Positions 52,392 through 64,000 of a stretch of 64,000 nt of DNA are shown piece after piece. How positions within the stretch are numbered: the first letter of the stretch is position 1; each line of letters begins with the position of its first letter. This stretch comes from Anaeramoeba ignava BMAN (taxonomy: Eukaryota > Protista > Anaeramoebae): assembly GCA_028826165.1 (NCBI GenBank), contig JAPDFW010000089.1, positions 186,001-250,000 on the forward strand, written 5' to 3'. A program made the translations under genes and the position numbers. The notes beneath the pieces were generated by a model. The model made no database searches and had not been told where the DNA came from. It saw only the letters and a list, made by a program, of their open reading frames with translations.

Positions 52392-55300
52392 TTAAACATC
52401 AAGAATTGGCAAAAGTAACTGTTGAATAGAAGGATCATTTTGGAAAGTATAAGGTCTTAGTTGAAAAGATAAAATTTCTTTTGCAGAAAGAATAAGAGCA
52501 TTTATTTTATTAATATTTGGATTTTCATTTGAATCAAAATAAGGTTCTGGATCACTAAAAGAAATATCAGTCAAATGAATAATAAGACAAGGAATTCCTG
52601 GAGTTGATTCCTTTTGAATTTGCTTAAGCAAAGTTCGATATGATTTATATCCATCTTTTTCATTAATAAATTCCGTTATTTGTTGATATTTATCTTTGAT
52701 TGATGGAGATAAATTTTCTTGTGTTTTTTCAATTTGATCAAATTTTGAATCTTGAATTCCTTGAAAAATATCATAAAGTGATGAAAAATTTTTCATTTCA
52801 AACAGAAAAATTGCTAATTGAATAAAATAAGAAAAAGCATTAATTCGAAGTTCAAAAGAATCTTGTTTCAAAATTGTTTCTTTAACATAATTTCGCATTT
52901 TTTCGGATCTTTTAAGTTTTAATTGAATATTTTCACTTAATGATATTTTCTTTGATATTTTTAATCCTCGTTCCCAAAATTCAGAGAACATAATCTTCTG
53001 AAAAATTTTAAAATTAATTAATGTTAGTTGTTTGGCAACTTCTTGGCAATCAACAAATAAAATGCTTTGGTTTAATATTTTGAAATTTGGTACAGATTTT
53101 TTTTTTCTTGGACTTTTTAAAGATTTTGCATATTTTTTATCAATAATTTCAGACTAAAAATAAAAAGAAAAGAAAAATTATAATTTTCAATTAATTTTCA
53201 ATTAATATTTATATTATTTACATTATTTACATTATTTATAATATTTATATTATTTATAATATTTATAATATTTATAATATTTATAATATTTATAATATTT
53301 ACATTATTTATATTATTTATAATATTTACATTATTTATATTATTTATATTATTTATAATATTTATAATATTTATAATATTTATAATATTTATAATATTTA
53401 TAATATTTATAATATTTATAATATTTATATTATTTATATTATTTATAATATTTATATTATTTATAATATTTACAGGAACTATTTCAACAACAGAACTTAA
53501 AACTTTGAAGTATTTTCCTTCTATTAATCCTTTTACTTTTTTCCGATGAATTGATTGAATTACTAAAATATCTCCTTTTGTTACTTTTCTATATCCTCTT
53601 TGTGGATTTTCTGAATCTTGAACAATTACTCCAATTTTTGTTTGATTGTTTGAAATTTTATTGAATCTCAAATATATTTTCCCAATATTGGCAATAATTT
53701 GCATACGAAATAATTTTAATTCAGTTAATTTTGATGTTGATTCTTCAATTTTTTGTTGAGCAACAGCTAATCTTTCTTTATTTTTCTTGTAAAGCTTAGC
53801 CATTCCTTTTAAACTTTCAGTGTTTTTTTCTTCTTCAGTAATATCATTATCAATTTTATCAAGAGTATAAAGAAGAGTTTTTTTGAGATGATCTTGAATT
53901 GTTTCTTCAGTCATTTCTTGAAGTTTATTTTGATTTTGATTTTCAATTTGATTTTCAATTTCATTTTCAATTTGATTTTGATTTTGATTTTCATTTTGAT
54001 TTTCATTTTGATTTTCATTTTCAATTTCAATTTCAATTTCATTTTGATTTTCAATTTCATTTTCATTTTCATTTTCAATTTCGATTGTAAGTTGTTTTTT
54101 GTTTTTATTTTGATTTTGATTTTGATTTTGATTTTGATTTTCAATTTCATTTTGATTTTGATTTTCATTTTCAATTTCATTTTGATTTTCAATTTCATTT
54201 TCAATTTCGATTGTAAGTTGATTATTTTCATTTTGATTTTTATTTTGATTTTGATTTTCAATTTGATTTTGATTTTCAATTTGATTTTCATTTTCAATTT
54301 CATTTTCAATTTGGTTTTCAAATTTAATTTCATTCACAAATTGATCTCGATCCTCTTTATTTAATATTGATTTTGTACTTTGAATTGATAATGATCTTTT
54401 TGGTCTTATTGGTATTTGTGATTCATCTTTATTATCATTTTTATTAAATTCTGGATCAATTAATTTTTTAATTGCATTTGTTGGATCTTGTTGATTATCA
54501 AAAGATCGGTGAGATTTATTTGAAATACTACTATTTCGTTTTATTGGTGTATTTTCAAATGATTTATGTTTCTTTTCTTTTATCGTTGAAAGAATTTCAA
54601 CTTTAGTATTAATAGGTTGATTTTCTTGCTTTTTTTTTTGTTCTTTAATTTTTCGAATTTGTTCCAATATTTTCTGTTTTTTGTCAAATTCTTCACTTTT
54701 TAATTCATATATTGTTTCCTTTGGATTTTCTTGTTGATTATTATTCTTTAAACTTTCGCGAATTTTTTTAAGAAGTTTGTTTTTTTCTAATTCTTTTTGT
54801 TTTTCAATATCACTTTCACTTTCATTTTGATTTTTATTTCCTTTTTTTTTAAATCGATCTCTTATTGATTGAAGAAGTTTTTGTTTCTCAAATTCTTTTT
54901 CATCTTGTTTTTTTTGTTCTAATTCTTTTTGTTCCAATTCTTTTTGTTCTAATTCTTTTTGTTCTAATTCTTGAATTTTTTGCATTTCCCTTATTTTTTC
55001 TAATTCTTTTTCTTGTTCCTCTTTTTGTCTTTCTAATTCTTTTATTTTTTCCATTTCTTTTTGTATTTCCAATTCTTTTTGTCTTTCTAATTCTTTTATT
55101 TTTTCCATTTCTCTTTGTTTTTCTAATTCTTTTTGTTTGATTAAATTTTCGGTTTCAATTTCTTTTTGTTTGACTTTATCTCTTATTGATTGAAGAAGTT
55201 TTTGTCTTTGCAATTCTTTTTGCTTTTGCAATTCTAATTCTTTTTGTTTTTGCAATTCAAATTCTTTTTGTTTGTCAATTTCTTTTTGTTTAACTCGATC

Positions 55301-56496
55301 TCTTATTGATTGAAGAAGTTTTTCTTTTTGTAATTCTTTTTGTTTTTTCGATTCCAATTCTTTTTCCAATTCTAATTGTTTTTGTTTTTCCAATTCAAAT
55401 TCTAATTGTTTTTGTCTTTCCAATTCTATTTGTTTTTGTTTTTGTTTTTCAAATTCTAATTGTTTTTGTTTTTGTCTTTCAAATTCTATTTGTTTTTGTT
55501 TTTCAAATTCTAATTGTTTTTGTTTTTTTTTCAAATTCTAATTGTTTTTGTTTTTGTTTTTCAAATTCTAATTGTTTTTGTTTTTGTCTTTCAAATTCTA
55601 ATTGTTTTTGTTTTTCAAATTCTAATTCTAATTGTTTTTGTCTTTCAAATTCTAATTGTTTTTGTTTTTCAAATTCTAATTGTTTTTGTTTTTGTTTTTC
55701 AAATTCTAATTGTTTTTGTTTTTGTTTTTCAAATTCTAATTGTTTTTGTTTTTGTTTTTCAAATTCTAATTGTTTTTGTTTTCAAATTCTAATTGTTTTT
55801 GTTTTTCAAATTCTAATTGTTTTTCTTCAATTCCCAAATTTAAATTAACAGGATTTTTCCATAAAAAAATTTCAGCAATAAATTGAATAGTTTTTTCTTC
55901 ATTTCCCTTTTAAAAACAAAATAAATTTAAAAAAAGCAAAATAAATTTAAAAGAATTTTATAAAGAAAAAATTCTAAAAAGAAAATAACTTACATTTACA
56001 ATATCTTTTGCTTCTGGAAATTTTCCTTTAAAACCATTATTTGAAAGTATTTCAATTAAACATTTTGCTCTTTCTAAATCATCGAAATGCAAGTAAATAT
56101 TCATTAAATCAATATCAGGAAAAAGTGAAGAAATCAAATCTACAAAAAGAGTTGAATTCTAATTGATATTTATTAAAAAAAAAGAAGAAAATTTTAAATG
56201 AAAAAAATCATAAAAAAATTTTTTTTTTTTTTTGAATTTAAAAAGAGGAAAAATTCAAATCAAAAAATTCTCAATAAATAAATTTTAGAAAATTATTTCC
56301 AAACCTTAAAATCTTCATTAAAATTTTCAAAATTTGAACCTAAACCTGAAACTTCTATTGTTTTATTGATCCAAATTCTAAGAAGATCTAGATCACTTTT
56401 TTTACTTGTTTCATTTTTTTGAATATTTTTTATTATTGAATGTTGTGCTATTTTTTGAAGTATTGATTTTGTTTCAAATGAAAAAGAATTTGCCAT
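52392..56496 (-). CDS. RasGEF (CDC25) with N-terminal CH domain, KQLE coiled-coil repeats, HR1-like and degenerate SH3-like segments
   Basis: LLRIWIN...NFNEDFK|NSTLFVDLISSLFPD...DIVN|GNEE (CH); EVAKQLTLINFKIFQKI, KNFSSLYDIFQGI, GYKSYR, PGIPCLIIHLTDISF (CDC25). Frameshifts inside the repeat tract. Confidence 0.82.
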
Positions 56497-56594
56497 TTTT
56501 CAAATTTAAAAAAAAAAATAAATTCAAAACAAAAAAAATGAAAAAAAATGAAAAATAAAAATGAAAAATTTAATTTATTTTTTTTTTTTTGCTT

Positions 56595-58019
56595 TTATTT
56601 TTTTGAATTTAAAAATTGAATTACTTTTCTTTTTGTAAATCCATTTTCAATATTTGATAAAATTAAATCAAAATCAGAAAAAAGTTGTTTATGATTTTGC
56701 ATTAATTTAACAACTTGAAAAATCAAACGAATAAAATTTGGTGAATTTCTTGAAATTTTATTTTCCGTTTGAAGCTTTAAAGCAATAACAACTGATCTGC
56801 TTTGATCAAAATTATCAAACCAAGAAGAATTGCCTTTTCTTAAAAGATCTAAAACAATAGAATAAATATTTTCAGACCAAAAAGATTGATTAAGTGATCT
56901 TGTTTTCCGAATTATCCCCCAAAAAAATTCCAATCTTTTTGGATCATCCAAAATTTCTTCTAAAATTCTATTTAGCAATCCAAAAACAAATTCATTGAGA
57001 GAAACATTTGGATCTATTAAAGGAATAAGCAATCCATCAAGTAGTGTTTTTGGATCAGACTCAAAAATCATTTTAATTGTCTCAATAATCCAACTTGAGG
57101 CTGGTTGATTTAATCCCAATATTTTCTTCAGAAAAATCTCTTGAACAATTTTTACAGAACGTAAATATCCAATGTTGTTTGAGAGATAATTTTGTGTGAA
57201 ATGAAACCAAAAAATATCGTGAAATTCTTCCATTTTTTGTTTTTGCATTGTTTCTAATATTTTTGATAATGAAAGTGATTTATTTTGTAATATTTCCAAA
57301 ATATTTTGGAAATCTACATTTTGAATTGAGAAATTAAGATCTTGATTCTGAAAAATTTGGTATAAATTAATCAAAGATATTTCCAATTTGTTTGCAAAAA
57401 TATTTTCATTTTCATCAATTTGATTTTGATTTTGATTTTGATTTTGATTTTGATTTTCTATTTCAATTTCATTTTCTATTTGAATTTGAATTTGAATTTG
57501 ATTTTGATTTTGATTTTCTATTTCTATTTCAATTTCATTTTCTATTTGATTTTCATTTTGATTTTCATTTTCAATTTCATTTTCATTTTCATTTTCATTT
57601 TCATTTTGATTTTGATTTTGATTTTGATTTTCAGAATCCCAATCAGAAATACAAAAAAACCAAAGATTATCAATTAATTCTAAAACCCATTTTTTATGAA
57701 GATCATCCATTTCATTTGAATTATCAAAAGATCCAAAATTTGATTTATAAATGAAAATTAAATCAAAAAGAAGTTTTTTATCAATTTCATCAATAAATAG
57801 ATTTAATAAAGAAAGAAATTTTTGTTGAATTTGAAAAGGAAAAGAAAGTATTCTAATGGAAATTGATAATAAATTTTCATTTGGAATTTGAATTTTTTCA
57901 ATTAAGAATTTAATTATTTCATTAATTGAAATTTTTGATAATTTAAATTGTTGATAAATTTCAAAAAAACTAAGATTTCTTTCTAAAAAGAGAATAATAA
58001 AATTTTGACAAGAATTCAT
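56595..58019 (-). CDS. FANCE: FANCE-like protein (Fanconi anaemia core complex), intronless
   Basis: FLKKILGLNQPASSWIIETI...PKTLLDGLLIPLI...WSE resembles the FANCE C-terminal domain; recognised from memory, not from a search. Confidence 0.65.
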   Translation of the reverse strand: MNSCQNFIILFLERNLSFFEIYQQFKLSKISINEIIKFLIEKIQIPNENLLSISIRILSFPFQIQQKFLSLLNLFIDEIDKKLLFDLIFIYKSNFGSFDNSNEMDDLHKKWVLELIDNLWFFCISDWDSENQNQNQNQNENENENENEIENENQNENQIENEIEIEIENQNQNQIQIQIQIENEIEIENQNQNQNQNQNQIDENENIFANKLEISLINLYQIFQNQDLNFSIQNVDFQNILEILQNKSLSLSKILETMQKQKMEEFHDIFWFHFTQNYLSNNIGYLRSVKIVQEIFLKKILGLNQPASSWIIETIKMIFESDPKTLLDGLLIPLIDPNVSLNEFVFGLLNRILEEILDDPKRLEFFWGIIRKTRSLNQSFWSENIYSIVLDLLRKGNSSWFDNFDQSRSVVIALKLQTENKISRNSPNFIRLIFQVVKLMQNHKQLFSDFDLILSNIENGFTKRKVIQFLNSKK

Positions 58020-58132
58020 TTTAAAAATGAAAAATGAAAAAAATGAAAAAAAATGAAAAAAAATTTTTCACAATAAAAAAAAATAAATTTCCGATTTTCT
58101 TTTCTTTTCTTTTGAAATCAAATTATTGGAAA

Positions 58133-60346
58133 TTAATAAATTTTTGAGTCAATAAACTCCAAATTTTCAAAATTTTCAATCCAAGAAAAATTTGTATCAA
58201 TTTGTAAAGGAAGAAATTTAGATGTTGAATCAACAATATCTTTCAATTTTAATTTTTCAAAAATTTCTTTTCGATTTTCCAATTTTAGTTTTTTCCATTC
58301 TTTTAATTTTTGGATTAATATTGAATCAAATTGAATAACATCACTTCTAAATGAATTTTTTTGTTGAATTAATTTAGAAATATAATATTTTAATGCAGTT
58401 TGTTTTCTGACAAAATTTTTAGAGAAAAATTCTTCCATTTCTTGAATTTGAGTTTGAAGTATTTTTTGAGTTTTAGAATCAGTTTTTATTGTTATTATTT
58501 TCTTTAAATTTTTAATTGATAGAAAAACTTTATCCAATAATTCAAAAGTATAAATATCCAAAAAAGGCAAGAATTCAAAATTAGGTTTTGGTTTTTGTTT
58601 CAATTTTTTTGTTTAATGGTTTTTTAAACTGTGGATTTTGGATTTTAATAGTTTCAAAAAGGTTAATTTGACCATTTTGTTTTGGTTCTTTTTTTTTTAG
58701 AATTTTAAAATATTTAGATTTAATTTTAATTTTAATTTTAATTTTAAATTTACTTTTAATTTACTTGAAATAGTTTGTTGTTGTATATTTTTGTTGAATT
58801 TTTGAATTTGTGTATTTTTATTTGGAATAAAAAATTCAGGTTGAATTATTGATGTTTTATCAATTTCAAAAGAAAGTTCTTCTAAAGAAGAAAAATCTCC
58901 ACTTTCTGTTATAACACTTGAAGAAGTTGAGAAAGTAAGACTATTTGGATGAAAAGGTTTTTTGGTCATTTTATGAGTAGTTGGAGTAATCGAAAACATA
59001 ATATAATATTGTTTCTTGACTATAAAAACTGAACCCTTTATATTTATAATTATAATTAGATTTATATTTATATTTATATTTATATTTATATTTATATTTA
59101 TATTTATATTTATATTTATTTAGATTTAGATTTAGATTTATATTTATATTTATATTTATATTTATATTTATATTTATATTTATATTTATATTTAGATTTA
59201 GATTTAGATTTATATTTTATTTATATTTTATATTTATATTTATATTTTAGATTTAGATTTATATTTTATATTTATATTTATATTTATATTTATATTTATA
59301 TTTATATTTATATTTATATTTATATTTATATTTTATATTTATAATTTATATTTATAATTTATATTTATATTTATTATATTTATATTTATATTTTAGATTT
59401 GTTTATTTTATATTTATATTTATATTTATATTTATATTTATATTTATATTTATATTTATATTTATATTGATATTTATATTTATATTTATATTTATATTTA
59501 TATTTTATATTTTATATTTATATTTATATTTATATTTATATTTATATTTATATTTATATTTATATTTATATTTATATTTATTTATATTTATATTTATATT
59601 TATATTTATATTTAGATTTATATTTATATTTATATTTATATTTATATTTATATTTATATTTATATTTATATTTAGATTTATATTTATATTTAGATTTAGA
59701 TTTATATTTATATTTAGATTTATATTTAGATTTATATTTATATTTATATTTATATTTATATTTAGATTTAGATTTATATTTATATTTATATTTAGATTTA
59801 TATTTATTTTTATTTTTATATTTATATTTATATTTAGATTTAGATTTATATTTATTTTTATTTTTATATTTATATTTATATTTATATTTATATTTAGATT
59901 TAGATTTATTTAAATATTTATTTACACAAATTTCCACAGAAACAACTTCATTATGAGAATCTTTTAATTGGAAAGGAAATCTTGAAAATAACACATTTTG
60001 AGATTTTTGAGAATTTCTAATTAAAAAAAAATAAAAAAAATATTTAATTAAAAAAAAAATTGGAATTTAAAATTTATTACTCAATTAAAGATCCAATTAA
60101 TAAAGCAATTGCATGAGGTGAAAGAACACCCATTCGTTCTTGAAATAATGGGCAGAAGTCAATTAAACTATGTTCTAATAATTCATTTGGTTGAGTAAAT
60201 CCAAGAATATTAAGAATTGAACGATTAAATTCTATTAAAGATCCTTTTTGATTCAAAATTAGAATTGGTTCTGCTGTATTTTGAATTGCTTTCCGATAAA
60301 AATCTTCCATTTTTCTGGAAATAAATTTTGAAGAAGGAACTCCCAT
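58133..60346 (-). CDS. PAS-domain protein, multi-exon
   Basis: [48 protein letters not shown] is a PAS signature; exons join in frame. Confidence 0.75.
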
Positions 60347-60384
60347 TTTACAAACAATAAACAAAAAATAAAAATGAAAAAAAT

Positions 60385-60990
60385 GAAAATGAAAAAAAAT
60401 AATTTTTTTTTTGATTGTTTTTTTTTTCTCAAAATAAATCCAAAAAATAAATAAACATTTACAAAACATTTATAAATAAAAAATTTATAAAAAAATAATC
60501 AAAAAAATAAATTAAGATTTAAAAAAATGAAAAAGAAAAAAAAAATTTTTTTTGATTGTTTTTTTTTTCTCAAAATAAATCCAAAAAACAAATAAATATT
60601 TACAAAACATTTACAAATAAACATTTACAAATAAACATTTACAAAAAAATAATCAAAAAAATAATCAAAAATATAAATAAAGATTTAAAAAAATGAAAAA
60701 GAAAAAAAATTTTTTTTTTGATTGTTTTTTTTTTCTCAAAATAAATCCAAAAAACAAATAAATATTTATAAAACATTTACAAATAAACATTTACAAATAA
60801 ACATTTACAAAAAAATAATCAAAAAAATAATCAAAAATATAAATTAAGATTTAAAAAAATAAAAAAGAAAAAAAATTTTTTTTTTGATTGTTTTTTTTTT
60901 CTCAAAATAAATCCAAAAAATAAATAAACATTTACAAAACATTTACAAAACATTTATAAAACATTTATAAAACATTTATAAATAAATAAT
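60385..60990. repeat. About four copies of a ~140-170 nt unit in the PAS/NAR1 divergent promoter
   Basis: TTGATTGTTTTTTTTTTCTCAAAATAAATCCAAAAAA recurs at ~60411, ~60552, ~60718 and ~60884. Confidence 0.88.
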
Positions 60991-61028
60991 CAAAAAAATT
61001 TTTTCATTTTTTTTTCATTTTTTTTTAG

Positions 61029-63642
61029 ATGACTCAACCAAAATTTTCTAGTGGTTTAATAATTACAGATTTAAATGATTTCATTGCTCCAACTCAAGAA
61101 TGTGTAAAACCAATAGTAGAAGTTGAAGAAAATACAAAAGACAATAAATCAGCAAAAATATCTTTAAGTTTAGAAAAAGAAAATGAAAATGAAAAAGAAA
61201 ATGAAAATGAAATTGAAATTGAAAAAAAACCAACAATAACAAAATATAAAAGAGTTCAAGTTTCATTAAAAGATTGTTTAGCTTGTAGTGGATGTATAAC
61301 TTCTGCAGAAACAATATTAATTTCACAACAAGGATTTCAAGAATTTATTTCTCATTTTCAACAAAATGATCAAGAAATTATTGGTTGGTTTTATAATTAA
61401 ATTTATCAACAATTTCAATTCAAAATTTATAATTAAATTTATAAACAAATTTATAATTATATTTATAATATTTATAATTATATTTATAATTATATTTATA
61501 ATTAAATTTATAATTAAATTTATAAACAAATTTATAATTAAATTTATAATAAAATTTATAATTAAATTTATAATTATATTTATAATTAAATTTATAATTA
61601 AATTTATAATTAAATTTATAATTATATTTATAATTATATTTATAATTATATTTATAATTATATTTATAATTAAATTTATAATTAAATTTTATAATTAAAT
61701 TTATAATTAAATTTATAATTATATTTATAACAAAATTTATAATTATATTTATAATTAAATTTATAATTAAATTTATAATTAAATTTATAATTAAATTTAT
61801 AATTAAATTTATAATTAAATTTATAATTAAATTTATAATTAAATTTATAATTAAATTTATAAATAAATTTATAATTAAATTTATAATTAAATTTATAATT
61901 AAATTTATAATTAAATTTATAATTAAATTTATAAACAAATTTATAATTAAATTTATAATTAAATTTATAATTAAATTTATAAACAAATTTATAATTAAAT
62001 TTATAATTAAATTTATAATTAAATTTATAATTAAATTTATAATTAAATTTATAATTACCAGTTTTATTATCTCCTCAATCAAGAGCTTCTCTTGCTTCAA
62101 TTTATGATATTGATTCTTCTAAAGTACATAATTTAATTTATTGGATTTTTAATAAATATGGAAAAGCTTATGTTTATGATACTTATTTTGGATGGGAAAT
62201 TTATTTAATGGAAATTATAAATGAATTTATATCAAAATTTAGAAAAGAAAACAAAAGGAAACCTTTATTAGTTTCAACTTGTCCTGGTAATAATTAGTTT
62301 ATTTTTTTCTTTATGAAGACAAAAAAAAGAAAACTAAACTTTTTTTCCTTTTTTGATATTTAGGTTGGGTTTGTTATGCTGAAAAAACTTATCCTGATCT
62401 TTTAATTCCTTTAATGAGTACAGTAAAATCTCCTCATATGTTAATGGGGTTTTTATTTAAACAATATATTTCTAAAATTCAAAAGAAAGAACCAAAAGAT
62501 TATTATGTTGTTTCTATTATGCCTTGGTATTTATTGATATAAAAGAATACTTATACTTATTACAAAATCAAAATCAAAATCAAAATCAAAATCAAAATTA
62601 AATTCAAAATCAAATTCAAAATTAAATTCAAAATTAAAATCAAAATTAAAATCAAAATTAAATTCAAAATTAAATTCAAAAATTAAATTAAAATCAAAAT
62701 CAAAATCAAAATTAAATTCAAAATTAAATTCAAAATCAAATTCAAAATTAAAATCAATATCAATATTTAAATTCAAAATCAAATTCAAAATTAAATTCAA
62801 AATCAAATTCAAAATCAAATTCAAAATTAAATTCAAAATTAAAATTAATATTAAAATCAATATTTAAATCAATATTAAAAATAAGTTATGACAAGAAATT
62901 AGAAGTTAGTAGAGAAGATTTTTATGATTCAAAAACTAATATCAAAGATGTTGATTCTGTTTTAACAACATCAGAAGTTCAAGATTTTCTAACAGAATAT
63001 CAAGAAGAAATAACAAACCTAAAATTTTTAGAAGAAAAATCAATGGAAAATCTAAAAGAATTTAATACTATTAATGAAGAAAACAAAAAAATATATGGAA
63101 GAAAAGATAAGGGATCAGGAGGAATAACTGAATATTTATTCCGTAAATTAGCAGAGAAAATATTCAATTATCCAAAAGAAAAAATTCCTGAAATTTCATT
63201 TAAAAATTTAAGAAATTCTGATTTTAGAATTGCAACTCTTCAAGATTTTAAAAACCCAGAAAATAAAATCCAATTTGCTCAAGTTTATGGATTTCAAAAC
63301 ATTCAAAATTTGGTTCGCAAAATAAAAATGAACCAATGCAATTATGATATTGTTGAAATTATGGCTTGTCCTTTTGGTTGTTTAAATGGTGGCGGACAAG
63401 CAAAAGTATCAGAAAAATATTTGGAATTGAATCAAATTTCCAAAATGAAATTTTTTGAAAAAATCCAAAAAAATTATTTCAATGATTTCCAGTTTGTAGA
63501 AAGAGATCCTGAAGATAATAAAGAAGCTTTGAAAATTTATCATGATTTTTTTCTTCCATTAAAAGAAAAGAGATTAAATACAGAGTATCATAATAGAAAA
63601 GAAAATACAACAGAAAATGCAGGTTTAACAACTAATTGGTGA
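61029..63642 (+). CDS. NAR1: Cytosolic Fe-S assembly factor NAR1/IOP1 (CIAO3), [FeFe]-hydrogenase-like
   Basis: DLNDFIAPTQECVKP, VSLKDCLACSGCITSAET, STCPG|WVCYAEK, SIMPC|YDKKLE, YGFQNIQNLV, EIMACPFGCLNGGGQ, terminal Trp. Confidence 0.96.
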
Positions 63643-63777
63643 AAAAAAAAAGAAATGAATAAAAAATTTAAATCAAAAAAAAAAAAACAATAAAGTAATA
63701 AAAAAGAAAAAGTGGAATAAAAAAATTTTTTTCAATCAAAATTCTTTTTTCATTTTTTTCTTTCATTTTTTTTTAAA

Positions 63778-64000
63778 ATGAATTTAAGATATAAAAAACT
63801 TGAAGTGATTGGACAAGGAGCATTTGGAGTTGTTCATAAAGCAAAAGATACTGAAACAAATGAAATTGTTGCATTGAAAAAAATAAGAATAGGTAATGCA
63901 GAAGATGGGGTAAATATTTCAGCAATTAGGGAAATTAAATTTTTAAAAGAATTAAATCATCCAAATGTTGTTAAGTTACTTAATGTTTTTCATCATTCTC
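63778..64000 (+). CDS. CDK7: Cyclin-dependent kinase, CDK7-like (runs off window)
   Basis: [39 protein letters not shown]. Confidence 0.75.
   Translation, partial: MNLRYKKLEVIGQGAFGVVHKAKDTETNEIVALKKIRIGNAEDGVNISAIREIKFLKELNHPNVVKLLNVFHHS

Noticed and set aside
55500-55830. Programmed frameshifting in the RasGEF repeat tract
   Set aside because: Indels fall in homopolymer-rich tandem repeats, so sequencing error is more likely.
61029-63642. Hydrogenosomal [FeFe]-hydrogenase
   Set aside because: The N-terminal DFI..C.KP and CLACSGC pattern and the terminal Trp identify NAR1.

Overview
Extremely AT-rich, gene-dense, intron-rich eukaryotic (protist) DNA. The style (ankyrin-BTB gene, N/Q/E low-complexity tracts, satellite-filled introns, T-rich TCAT initiator) suggests an Anaeramoeba-like metamonad, but that assignment is inference. 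About 20 protein-coding genes are recognisable: SCAI (partial), neurofibromin-like RasGAP, an ankyrin protein, G3BP/NTF2-RRM, Vps15, an LRR protein, TMEM144, OLA1, CBM20-GDPD, ankyrin-BTB, SCAMP, dynamitin, gamma-COP, eL14, Ras, CH/SH3/RasGEF, FANCE-like, a PAS protein, NAR1 and CDK7 (partial). The main finding is in the two ankyrin genes. Both are built from phase-0 exons of about 96 nt (one repeat each), separated by introns that carry single-codon 3-nt microexons (AG|NNN|GTA). There are 7 in the + strand gene (7618-9963) and 12 in the - strand ANK-BTB gene (34069-37220), where most form arrays of 3-4 per junction. They encode the variable beta-hairpin residues of the ankyrin binding surface, which suggests combinatorial, codon-level diversification by splicing. 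Most long low-complexity ORFs in the track are artefacts of repeats.
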